The notes: generated by a model not told the origin, from the letters alone. A DNA stretch of 64,000 bases from Candidatus Latescibacterota bacterium (GCA_964291625.2 OZ220089.1:4000001-4064000), one strand, 5' to 3'; counted from the stretch's first letter, positions 54,668 through 63,712 are shown. Program-made: numbers and translations.

Positions 54668-56386
54668 TCAGCCGCCCGAGACCGGCGCCGCCGCCGGCTC
54701 CCGGCGCACCATCAGGGCCACGGCCTCGACGGTGAGCCAGATCTGCAGGGCCAGGGCGATGCCGCCGATGACCAGGCTCGGCACGTTGCCGCTGCCGTAG
54801 AGGCTGCCCAGGGTGTGGGCCAGGGCCCAGGCGGTGCACACGAAGATCGCCAGCGACGGCAGCAGGGTGACCAGGTAGTTGCGGGACTGCTGCTTCAGCC
54901 AGTACGTGACGACGATCAGGGCGAGGCCGGCCAGGAGCTGGTTCATGCTGCCGAAGAGGGGCCACAGCAGCAGCGCCCCCTTGCCGCCGGCGCCATTGTA
55001 GAAGGCCAGGGCCGCGGCGCTGACCACGGCCAGCAGGGTCGCCGGGTGGCGCCGCGTCAGGGGCTCGATGCGCAGGTCGGTGGCCAGCTCGCTGATGACG
55101 TAGCGCTGCAGGCGCGTCGCCGTGTCGAGGGTGGTGCCGGCGAAGGAGGCGACGAAGACCCCCATGACGACGATCGCCAGCTCCCGGGGCAGGCCCAGGG
55201 CGGCGATCATGTTGGCCGCGCCCACGACGAAGGCGGCCACCTTGGAGGCCAGGCCGCTGGAGGCCATCCAGCTGCCGTAGTGGGCGGCGAAGGCGGCGGA
55301 GCCGGTGAGCACCGTGCCGTCGGCGGCGGTGTAGGCCAGGGCCAGGCCGGCGCCGCAGGCGATGAGGACGATCGTCGCCAGGAACCCCTCGGTGAGCATC
55401 GAGCCGTAGCCGACGAAGCGCGCGTCCGGCTCGCTGGCCACCTGCTTGGAGGAGGTGCCGCTCGACACGAGGCAGTGGAAGCCGGAGATGGCGCCGCAGG
55501 CGATGGTGATGAAGAGGAAGGGCATCCACGGCGGCGCCCCCTCGGGGGAGAGGTGGAAGGCGGGGGCGACCATCTCCGGAGCGGCGGCGAAGACCCCGAG
55601 CACCAGCAGCCCGAGGGCGATGAAGAGCTGCCAGGCATTGATGTAGTCGCGCGGCTGCAACAGGGTGGTCACCGGCAGGGTGGAGGCGATGTAGGCGTAG
55701 GCGAGGAGCAGCAGGGTCCACACGCCGGTGGCCGGGATCCCGGCGATGGCCGGCATCTGCAGGGGCATGTAGTGGCCGATGACGACGGTGACGTACATGG
55801 CGGCCACGGCCAGCGCCGTGGCGGCGGTGAGGCTGATGCGGCCGCGGAGGAAGGCCCGCCCCAAGGCGATGGCGATGGGGATCTCCATCCACACCGGCAG
55901 GACGGCTTGCGGGTAGAGGTCGAAGAGGACGGCGATGACCAGGCCGAAGATGGCGATGACGATGAGCAGGGCGAGGAAGACGATGATGAAGAACATGATC
56001 TTCAGGTGCCGGTTCATCACCATGCCGGTGATGTCGGCCATGGTGTGCCCTCTGTGGCGCAGGGAGATCACCAGGGCGCCGAGGTCGTGGACGGCGCCCA
56101 TGAAGATCGAGCCGAGGAAGACCCAGAGCAGGGCCGGCACCCAGCCCCAGATGATGCCGATGGCGGGGCCGACGATGGGGCCGGTGCCGGCGATGGAGGT
56201 GAAGTGGTGGCCGAAGATGACCTGCTTGCGGGTGGGGACGAAGTCGACGCCGTCGGTCTGTTCGCGCGAGGGCGTGACGTTGTCGGAGCTGAGGCCGAAG
56301 ACCTTGCGGCTCAGGTAGCGGCCGTAGGTGTGGTAGGCCGCCAGGTAGCCGATGAAGGCGGCCACGGCGATGAGGATGCTGTCCAT
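54668..56386 (-). CDS. cstA: Carbon starvation protein A family transporter
   Basis: GHHFTSIAGTGPIVGP, LQPRDY, ACGAISGFH and GYGSMLTEG motifs. Confidence 0.92.
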   Translation of the reverse strand: MDSILIAVAAFIGYLAAYHTYGRYLSRKVFGLSSDNVTPSREQTDGVDFVPTRKQVIFGHHFTSIAGTGPIVGPAIGIIWGWVPALLWVFLGSIFMGAVHDLGALVISLRHRGHTMADITGMVMNRHLKIMFFIIVFLALLIVIAIFGLVIAVLFDLYPQAVLPVWMEIPIAIALGRAFLRGRISLTAATALAVAAMYVTVVIGHYMPLQMPAIAGIPATGVWTLLLLAYAYIASTLPVTTLLQPRDYINAWQLFIALGLLVLGVFAAAPEMVAPAFHLSPEGAPPWMPFLFITIACGAISGFHCLVSSGTSSKQVASEPDARFVGYGSMLTEGFLATIVLIACGAGLALAYTAADGTVLTGSAAFAAHYGSWMASSGLASKVAAFVVGAANMIAALGLPRELAIVVMGVFVASFAGTTLDTATRLQRYVISELATDLRIEPLTRRHPATLLAVVSAAALAFYNGAGGKGALLLWPLFGSMNQLLAGLALIVVTYWLKQQSRNYLVTLLPSLAIFVCTAWALAHTLGSLYGSGNVPSLVIGGIALALQIWLTVEAVALMVRREPAAAPVSGG

Positions 56387-56463
56387 GGGGCGTCTCCGGG
56401 AGGCGTTGGTCGTAACAATCGATGCCCGGCCCCGAGGCGGCAAGCCGGTCGGAGGGCGCGTCG

Positions 56464-57318
56464 TCAGGGGCCCGGGGGCGCCCTCCGCGGCGCCGCGGCC
56501 TCGACCTCGATCTCGAACATCCAGGGCCAGAGCTTGCCGGTGACGAAGAGACGGCCCCCGGCGGCGTCGTGGGCGATGCCGTTGAGCACGTCGGCCTGGC
56601 GCCGCTCTCCCGTCGTCAGCAGGCCCGACAGATCGACCCAGGCGGTCACGGCGCCGCTCTCCGGGTCGATGCGGGCGACGCGGTCGGAGTTCAGGATGTT
56701 GGCCCAGATCTCCCCGTCGATCCACTCCAGCTCGTTGAGCCGGCGCACGGGCTCGCCCTCGTGATGGATCTCGAGGCGGCCGATCTCGGCGAAGGTGGCC
56801 GGATCGCGCCAGGAGAGATGGGCGGAGCCGTCGCTCATGATCAGGGCGGCGCCGTCGTGGGTGAGGCCCCAGCCCTCGGTGGCGTAGCCGAAGCCGCCGA
56901 CCTCGGCGAAGTCGTCGAGGGCGTAGACGAATCCGACGCGGGACGTCCAGGTGAGCTGGTAGAGCCGCCCTTCGAGCAGGGCCAGGCCCTCGCCGAAGAA
57001 CCGGGGCTCGAGGGTGTGCTCCCGAAGCACCCGGCCGGTCTCGATCTCCACCCGGCGCAGGCTGGACGGGACCGACGGGCGCGAGGTCAGCTGCACGCCG
57101 CCGCCGGTGCTCTCGTAGAGGTGGCCGCCGTGGTATACCAGCCCCTGGGTGAAGGCCCGCGGGTCGTGGGGGAAGACGTTGACCACGCGGTACCCGTAGG
57201 TGGGCGGGGCTCCCCCGGAGGAGGGGGGTGCCTCCCCCGGTCCGTCGCCGTCGGCCGGGTCGGAGTTGGAGCAGGCGCAGGGCCAGAGGAGGGCGAGCAG
57301 CAGGACGGGCCGGGGCAT
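56464..57318 (-). CDS. Glutaminyl-peptide cyclotransferase (type I), probable lipoprotein
   Basis: PHDPRAFTQGL, FGEG, QLTW, EGWGL, LNELE, VLNGIA and TGKLW; lipobox-like CAC. Confidence 0.92.
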   Translation of the reverse strand: MPRPVLLLALLWPCACSNSDPADGDGPGEAPPSSGGAPPTYGYRVVNVFPHDPRAFTQGLVYHGGHLYESTGGGVQLTSRPSVPSSLRRVEIETGRVLREHTLEPRFFGEGLALLEGRLYQLTWTSRVGFVYALDDFAEVGGFGYATEGWGLTHDGAALIMSDGSAHLSWRDPATFAEIGRLEIHHEGEPVRRLNELEWIDGEIWANILNSDRVARIDPESGAVTAWVDLSGLLTTGERRQADVLNGIAHDAAGGRLFVTGKLWPWMFEIEVEAAAPRRAPPGP

Positions 57319-57530
57319 GGCTGTGAAGGTAGCGCCGCTACGTCCGCTGCTACCAGCGGCCACGGCCGGGGCCGCAGGGCCCACCGCAGGCGGGCGCGTT
57401 GCGTCCCACCCCCAGGGCGCGCCCGCACCCCTTGGAGGAACCGGGGTCGCCTGCGTGACGTCCAAGGGCGAAGGGGGCTTCACGCCCTTCTGGTCCCCTC
57501 ACATCTGTACCCCCCACAAGGGAATGAGCC

Positions 57531-58112
57531 ATGATCTCGACAGGCGCCCTCGCCCTGAGCCTCGTCCTCCTGGGCTCGGCCGGCCCCGGGCATACGCAGG
57601 ACAGTGACTCCGACACCGGCGACGAGACGGCCGTCTCCGTGACCAGCGACGAGACCGGCGCCGAGGAGAAACCGCTGTGGGGGGGAGTCGTCATCGACCC
57701 GGACGACACCGGGACGCTGGGGTCCGACGAGTACGTGCTGGACGCCGCGGCGATCAGGGCCGATACGCTCGCCGTGACCGTGTCGTACAGCGGCGGCTGC
57801 CAGGAGCACCTGTTCGGCGTGGACGCCTCGGGCGCCTTCCTGGAGTCCGATCCGGTGCAGTTGGCGGTCGCGCTGGCCCACGAGGCCAACGACGACGCGT
57901 GCGAGCGCTGGGTCACCGAGGACTACCTCTTCGATCTGACCCCGCTGAGGGAGCGGTACGAGGAGGAGTACCAGCAGGAGTCGGGCGTGATCGTGCTCCT
58001 CCTCGACGGGGCTTCCGGCGAGATCCGCTACGAGTTCCCCGCGACCGGCGCCGCCACCTCGGCGGGCAGTATCTCCTGGGGGCGGGTCAAGAGCGGGTTC
58101 GGCGGCCGCTGA
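57531..58112 (+). CDS. Secreted hypothetical protein (NigD-C-like) with SWGxxK tail
   Basis: Signal peptide; YSGGC...FLESDPVQ...HEANDDACE...FDLTPL; ends TSAGSISWGRVKSGFGGR. Confidence 0.7.
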   Translation: MISTGALALSLVLLGSAGPGHTQDSDSDTGDETAVSVTSDETGAEEKPLWGGVVIDPDDTGTLGSDEYVLDAAAIRADTLAVTVSYSGGCQEHLFGVDASGAFLESDPVQLAVALAHEANDDACERWVTEDYLFDLTPLRERYEEEYQQESGVIVLLLDGASGEIRYEFPATGAATSAGSISWGRVKSGFGGR

Positions 58113-58116
58113 CGCG

Positions 58117-58761
58117 TCAGTCCTCGGGGGACGAGACGATCATCCCGAAGGCCGAGGCGAAGAGGAAGAAGTCGGAGAAGCCGACCCGTCCGTCGTTGTC
58201 GAGGTCGTACGCGGACTGGAACCCGTCGTCGCCGCGGCTCGTCCCGAAGGCGGCGGTGAAGGCGTGGAAGTCCTCGAAGTCGACCGCCCCGCTGGCGTCG
58301 AAGTCGCTCCGTCCGGCCTGCCCGTCCTCCGTCTCCTCCAACAGGCGGATGCGGACGAGGGTTTCCTCCTGGGCCACGTACCCGGCCGTCGATTCCCCGG
58401 GGCCGCAGGAGAGCCAGGCTTGCAGCTCCAGGGACTCGCGGCCCTCCGGCCACGGCAGCCGTTCCTCGACGACGATCGACGCTCCGGGGGCGAGGGATTC
58501 CTCCCACATCGCCTGGGCAAAAGCCATCTGCGCCGACCACCTCCAGAGCTCGCGCCCACCGGCGCTCAACGCGAAATCGTACTGCTGCGCGTCGTTGTAG
58601 AAGAACCGCAGGGTGGCGCCGGAGACGTTCTCCACCGTGTAGGTCGCGAGCAGGGAGTCGTCGGCCTTGCGGACCTCCAGGGCCGGCCGCACGCGGTCCT
58701 CCACCCCGCCCCGGGAGATCGCCGGAATCAGCAGCAGTGCGAGCACGACTCGAAGGCCCAT
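58117..58761 (-). CDS. Secreted BsuPI-like domain protein with EF-hand/dockerin-like C-terminus
   Basis: QQYDFAL...LWRWSAQMAFAQA, followed by DFDASGAVDFEDF and DLDNDGRVGFSDF. Confidence 0.7.
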   Translation of the reverse strand: MGLRVVLALLLIPAISRGGVEDRVRPALEVRKADDSLLATYTVENVSGATLRFFYNDAQQYDFALSAGGRELWRWSAQMAFAQAMWEESLAPGASIVVEERLPWPEGRESLELQAWLSCGPGESTAGYVAQEETLVRIRLLEETEDGQAGRSDFDASGAVDFEDFHAFTAAFGTSRGDDGFQSAYDLDNDGRVGFSDFFLFASAFGMIVSSPED

Positions 58762-58849
58762 CTTCCGAAAGTCGAAGCCCGACCCGGAATCGGCAAGCCG
58801 CCGGAACGGCTTTGAGGGCCAGGCAGAAACCTCTTGTTTACCCGCCCTC

Positions 58850-60199
58850 ATGAGAGCCATCGACTGGAACGCCGCAGGCGCCGAGGTGACCGCCCACCTG
58901 CAGGCCCTGATCCGCATCGACACCACCAACCCCCCGGGAAACGAGACCAAGGCCGCCCGCTACCTGGCCGCCGTCCTCGAGGGGGAGGGGTTCGAGGCGG
59001 AGATCACCGAGTCGGCGCCCGGGCGCGGCAACGTGACCACGCGCTGGGAGGGGGGCGGGGAGCCGCCGCTGCTGCTGCTCGGCCACACCGACGTGGTCGC
59101 CGCCGACGCCGGGGCCTGGACCCATCCCCCCTTCGGCGGCGAGATCGACGGTGGCTTCGTCTGGGGCCGGGGCGCCCTCGACATGAAGAACATGGTCGCC
59201 GCCGAGCTGATGGTGATGCTGCTGCTGAAGCGGCAGGGTCTGCGCCTCGACCGCGACGTGATGTTCGCGGCCACCGCCGACGAGGAGGCCGGCAAGGGCG
59301 GCCACGGCCCCGGCTGGCTCCTGGACAACCACCCGTCCGGGATCGAGGCGCCGGTGATCCTCACCGAGGGCGGCGGCCACGAGGTGCGCCTCGACGGGCG
59401 CCGGTTCACCACCTGCCAGGTGGGCCAGAAGGGGATCTGCCGCCTGCGGGCCACGGCCCGGGGCCGGCCGGGGCACGGCTCGGTGCCCCACGGCGACAAC
59501 GCCGTCCTCAAACTGGCCGCCGCCCTGGCGCCCTTGAAGGACCGCCCCCTGCCCGTCCACCCCTCGGCCACCCTGCGCACCTTCTTCGAGGCGGTCTCCG
59601 AGGGCCGGCCGGAGCTGCGGGCCGGCCTGCTCGCCCTGTTCGACGGGGAGACCAGCGAGGCGGCCCTGACGCGGCTGCCCCTCGACGACGCCGAGCGCGC
59701 CGGCTGGAGCGCCCTGCTGCGCAACACCGCCTCGGTGACCATGCTCTCCGCCGGCTCGGGGATCAACATCATCCCCGCCGAGGCGACCGCCTGGATCGAC
59801 GGCCGCCTGGCGCCGGGCCAGACGCAGGAGAGCTTCCTCGCCGAGCTGCGGTCCGTGGCCGGCGGTGGCCTGGAGTTCGAGGTCGACCAGTACAGCCCGC
59901 CCTTGGAGGCGGAGGCGGCCGGGGAGTTCTGGGACGTCATCGCGTCGGTCATGGCCCGGCACGAGCCCGAGGCGCCGCTGGTCCCCGTCCTGTCCACGGG
60001 CGGCACCGACGCCAAGCACATCGTGCCGCGCCGGCCGGGGACCCAGGTCTACGGGTTCATGCCCTACCGCCGCCAGGCCGGCTCCGGCGAGCTGGGCCTG
60101 ATCCACGGCCACGACGAGCGCACCTCGATCGAGGAGCTGCTCTTCGCCACCCGCGTCATCTACGAAATCGTCTGCGCATACGGAGGAGTCCGGACATGA
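58850..60199 (+). CDS. M20 family metallopeptidase (ArgE/DapE-like)
   Basis: GHTDVV, GRGALDMK, DEEAG, GGTDAK and IHGHDER motifs. Confidence 0.9.
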   Translation: MRAIDWNAAGAEVTAHLQALIRIDTTNPPGNETKAARYLAAVLEGEGFEAEITESAPGRGNVTTRWEGGGEPPLLLLGHTDVVAADAGAWTHPPFGGEIDGGFVWGRGALDMKNMVAAELMVMLLLKRQGLRLDRDVMFAATADEEAGKGGHGPGWLLDNHPSGIEAPVILTEGGGHEVRLDGRRFTTCQVGQKGICRLRATARGRPGHGSVPHGDNAVLKLAAALAPLKDRPLPVHPSATLRTFFEAVSEGRPELRAGLLALFDGETSEAALTRLPLDDAERAGWSALLRNTASVTMLSAGSGINIIPAEATAWIDGRLAPGQTQESFLAELRSVAGGGLEFEVDQYSPPLEAEAAGEFWDVIASVMARHEPEAPLVPVLSTGGTDAKHIVPRRPGTQVYGFMPYRRQAGSGELGLIHGHDERTSIEELLFATRVIYEIVCAYGGVRT

Positions 60200-60837
60200 G
60201 CGACTGGCTGCAGGACGGCACCACCTTCCTCTTCATCGGCGACAGCATCACCGACTGCGGGCGCCGCGATGTCGAGGCCCCGCTGGGCAACGGCTACGTG
60301 CGCACCTTCACCGAGCTGGTGACGGCGCGCTGGCCGGAGCGCCGCATCGAGTGGATCAACAAGGGCATCGGCGGCAACAAGGTCTCGGACCTGCACGGGC
60401 GCTGGCGCGACGACGTCCTCTCCCATCGCCCCGACCGCCTGTCCGTGAAGATCGGCATCAACGACCTGCACTCGTCCCTGGGGGGAGCCCCCGACGCCGT
60501 GCCGCCGGAGCGCTTCGAGGCCCTCTACGACGAGGTCCTCGGGCTCACCCGGCGCGAGCTGGACTGCCCGGTGGTGCTCATCTCGCCGTTCTACATCTCC
60601 CTGAACGAGGACGGCGACGACTTCCAGGCCCAGGTCCTCGACCTCCTTCCCCGGTACATCGAGGTCGTGGAGCGCATGAGCGAGAAGTACGGCACGCGCC
60701 TCGTGCGCCTCCAGGACGTCTTCCGGGAGCACCTGCGCTACCGCGGCGCCGGGAGCTTCTGCCCCGAGCCCGTCCACCCGAACCACGCGGGCCACACCGT
60801 CATCGCCCAGGCCCTGCTGGAAACCCTGGAGAGCTGA
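60196..60837 (+). CDS. SGNH/GDSL hydrolase
   Basis: GDSITD, NKGIGG, GIND and EPVHP motifs. Confidence 0.9.
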   Translation: MSDWLQDGTTFLFIGDSITDCGRRDVEAPLGNGYVRTFTELVTARWPERRIEWINKGIGGNKVSDLHGRWRDDVLSHRPDRLSVKIGINDLHSSLGGAPDAVPPERFEALYDEVLGLTRRELDCPVVLISPFYISLNEDGDDFQAQVLDLLPRYIEVVERMSEKYGTRLVRLQDVFREHLRYRGAGSFCPEPVHPNHAGHTVIAQALLETLES

Positions 60838-60852
60838 CGGACACAGGCCGTC

Positions 60853-61887
60853 ATGCGCATCACCGACGTCCACATCCACCAGCCCTGCGGCCTGCTGCGC
60901 CTGCGCACCGACACCGAGCTGGAGGGCTGGTGCCCCGGCGTCGACGAGAGCAGCGCCGGCCACATCCTCCGGTCCTGCCGCGACACCGTCGTCGGCGCCG
61001 ACCCCATGGAGCGCGAGCGCCTGTGGAACGAGCTGGTCCGCCTCGACCGCTTCGCCTACCTGCCCCACTCGGTGCGGGGCTATCTCGACGTGGCCCTGTG
61101 GGACCTGGCCGCCAAGGCCTGCGGCGTGCCCGTCTTCCGCCTCATCGGCGGTTTCCGCGACCGCCTCCCGGCCTACAAGATGGGGCCCAACCTTCCGACG
61201 GTGGGCGCCTTCGTGGAAGCAGCCGTCACCGCCCGCGACGAGGGGTTCTTCGGGTACAAGGACCACTGCTACCACGGGCCGGAGACGATGATCCAGGTCG
61301 CCCGCCAAGCCCGCCGCGCCGTGGGGCCGGACTTCCACCTCATGCACGACGCCGTGCAGACCTACACCTATTCCCAGGCCCTGCGCGTCGGCCGCGCGCT
61401 GGAGGAGGAGGGCTACTTCTGGTTCGAGGAGCCCCTGCGCGACTATGACCTCATGGGCCTGAAGCGGCTGGCCGACGCCCTCGACGTGCCCATCGCCGCC
61501 GCCGAGTACCTGCCCGGCTCGGCGTTCTCCACCTCGCAGCTGCTGGCCCGGCAGGCGGTGGACATCGTACGCGCCAGCGTGCCCTGGCGCGGCGGCATCA
61601 CCGACATGCTCAAGATCGCCCGCCTGGCGGAGAGCTTCGGCGTCAACTGCGAGATCACCTCCAAGGGCGTGGGCTTCGGCTTCGTCCACGCCCACGTCAT
61701 CGGCGCCCTGCGCAACTGCACCTGGTTCGAGGCCACGGCCACCGGCTCCCAAGGCGGGGAGCCGCTGATCCGGAATCCGCTACACCTGACAGACGGCCAC
61801 CTCCCGGTGCCGCAATCCCCCGGCCTCGGGCTGGAGCTGGACTGGGCCGCCGTGGAGCGCGAGACCGCCGCCGTCATGGGGGCCTGA
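60853..61887 (+). CDS. Mandelate racemase/enolase superfamily enzyme
   Basis: DVALWDL, KDH, MHD, WFEEP and PGLGLELDW motifs. Confidence 0.88.
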   Translation: MRITDVHIHQPCGLLRLRTDTELEGWCPGVDESSAGHILRSCRDTVVGADPMERERLWNELVRLDRFAYLPHSVRGYLDVALWDLAAKACGVPVFRLIGGFRDRLPAYKMGPNLPTVGAFVEAAVTARDEGFFGYKDHCYHGPETMIQVARQARRAVGPDFHLMHDAVQTYTYSQALRVGRALEEEGYFWFEEPLRDYDLMGLKRLADALDVPIAAAEYLPGSAFSTSQLLARQAVDIVRASVPWRGGITDMLKIARLAESFGVNCEITSKGVGFGFVHAHVIGALRNCTWFEATATGSQGGEPLIRNPLHLTDGHLPVPQSPGLGLELDWAAVERETAAVMGA

Positions 61888-61893
61888 GGAACG

Positions 61894-63084
61894 ATGCAGA
61901 TCCGGGACGTGCGCATCTACATCCGGCCGGGGGAGCCGCAGGCGCGGTCGGTGGGCCACCGCGGCGGCATGGAGAAGGCGCCCCCCGGCCTGTCGGGGCT
62001 GTTCACCCACGCCGCCGGCTTCGGGGCGCCGCCGGAGCTTCCCGCCGGCTGGCTTGAGGCCTGTACGGACGAAGCCCTCCATCCCACGTGGACCGCTACC
62101 CTGCGGCTGGTCACCGACGGGCCGCTGGACGCGTACACCAACTTCGGCGGCGGCTTCCACCCCGAGGAGCTGACCCACCAGGCGCGGCGCTTCAAGGTCG
62201 AGATCGGCCCGCTGCTGCTGGGCGTAGACGCCTTCGACCGCGAGTATCTCTGGCAGCGCCTGTGGTACACGCAGCGCTTCTACTACACCGGCCGCGGCGT
62301 GGTCGACATGGTGGACCGAATGTTGTGGGACCTGGCCAGCCGCCACGCCCGGCAGCCCGTGTACCGCCTCCTCGGCGCCTGCCGCGAGAAGGTGCCGGCC
62401 TACCGCAACTACGGCGGGAACACCATCGACGAGCTGGTGGCCAATGCCGTGAAGGTGAAGGAGGACGGCTTCCAGGGCGCCAAGGACCACTCCTACCGCG
62501 GCGTGCGCGGCAACGCCGAGCTGGCCCGGGAGCTGCGCGCCGCCCTCGGCGACGACTTCATCCTGCTCCACGACCCGGTGGAGTCATACACCTACGACGA
62601 GGCCGTGCAGATCGGCCGCGTGCTGGAGGAGCACGACTACACCTGGATCGAGGAGCCCCTGCAGGACTACGACCTGCTGGGACTGAAGAAGCTGTGCGCC
62701 ACCCTCGACCTGCCGGTGCTGGCCCTGGAGTGGATCGGCCACCTCGGCGGCCAGCCCTTCCAGACCGCCCCCTACCTGGCCATGGAGGCCGTGGACATCG
62801 CACGCCAGCGCGGCGTCGGCATCACCGGCCAGATCAAGCAGGCCCAGCTCGCCGAAGCCTTCGGCGTCGAGGTCCACGGCGGCGATCCCCACGCCATCCT
62901 GGCGGTCCCCAACGATCCCCTCTTCGAGACCGGGGGCCAGGGCCCCCGCCCTCCCGAGGACCAGATCGACTGCCGCGGCACGGCGTATGTCGAGGACGGG
63001 TACATGTCCATCGCCTGGAACGACCGCGTCCCCGACGAGCCGGACTGGGATCAGGTGGAGCGGGACTCGGTGGCGGTGGTGTGA
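61894..63084 (+). CDS. Mandelate racemase/enolase superfamily enzyme
   Basis: LWDLA, KDH, LHDP, WIEEP and LEW motifs. Confidence 0.85.
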   Translation: MQIRDVRIYIRPGEPQARSVGHRGGMEKAPPGLSGLFTHAAGFGAPPELPAGWLEACTDEALHPTWTATLRLVTDGPLDAYTNFGGGFHPEELTHQARRFKVEIGPLLLGVDAFDREYLWQRLWYTQRFYYTGRGVVDMVDRMLWDLASRHARQPVYRLLGACREKVPAYRNYGGNTIDELVANAVKVKEDGFQGAKDHSYRGVRGNAELARELRAALGDDFILLHDPVESYTYDEAVQIGRVLEEHDYTWIEEPLQDYDLLGLKKLCATLDLPVLALEWIGHLGGQPFQTAPYLAMEAVDIARQRGVGITGQIKQAQLAEAFGVEVHGGDPHAILAVPNDPLFETGGQGPRPPEDQIDCRGTAYVEDGYMSIAWNDRVPDEPDWDQVERDSVAVV

Positions 63085-63097
63085 GGGGAGGGTGACC

Positions 63098-63409
63098 ATG
63101 CACGCCGCCATCGCTGACAAGAAGGATGAACTGGCACAACTCTGCCGGCGCTTCGGCGTGGCTCGCCTCGAAGTCTTCGGCTCGGCTGCGCGCGGCGTGG
63201 ACTTCGATCCAGAGACCAGCGACGCCGACTTTCTTGTGGAATTCAATCCCCACAGCGAACTGGCCCCGTTCGACCAGTATTTCGACTTCGCCGATGCCCT
63301 GCGCCGCACCCTTGCGCGCCCCGTCGATCTCGTCGAATCCGGCTCAATCGACAACCCGTACCTGTGGGCAGCCATCCAAGGCTCCCGTGAGTTGGTCTAT
63401 GGGTCCTGA
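63098..63409 (+). CDS. Minimal nucleotidyltransferase (MNT/MntA-like antitoxin)
   Basis: FGSAARG...SDADFLV...VDLV. Confidence 0.9.
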   Translation: MHAAIADKKDELAQLCRRFGVARLEVFGSAARGVDFDPETSDADFLVEFNPHSELAPFDQYFDFADALRRTLARPVDLVESGSIDNPYLWAAIQGSRELVYGS

Positions 63410-63677
63410 CCCTCGCGTCCTGCTGGCGGACATCGACCGGGCGGGTGCGGACATCAGCCGCTTCACAGAAGGCATGTCCGGCGACGCCTATGCCGGCGAT
63501 GCACTGACGCAAGCGGCGGTCGAGCGCAAGTTCGAGATCATCGGCGAAGCCCTGAACCGCCTGCACCAATCTCACCCGGACCTTGCCGAGCGGATTCCCC
63601 GGCTGCGCCGGATCATCGACTTCCGGAACTTCCTGATCCATGGCTACGCGAGCGTGAGGCCCGAGCGGGTGTGGTAG
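63399..63677 (+). pseudogene. HepT-like (DUF86) HEPN toxin, C-terminally truncated
   Basis: AVERKFEIIGEA and RNFLIHGY (RxxxxH). Stops at RVW without the usual final helix. Confidence 0.8.
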
Positions 63678-63712
63678 GCGATGGAGCGGGAGGGGGTGGC
63701 GGTGGTGTGAGG
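63672..63712 (+). repeat. Diverged duplicate of the enolase gene 3' end (63046-63086)
   Basis: TGG TAG GCG ATG GAG CGG GAG GGG GTG GCG GTG GTG TGA GG versus TGG GAT CAG GTG GAG CGG GAC TCG GTG GCG GTG GTG TGA GG. Confidence 0.85.
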
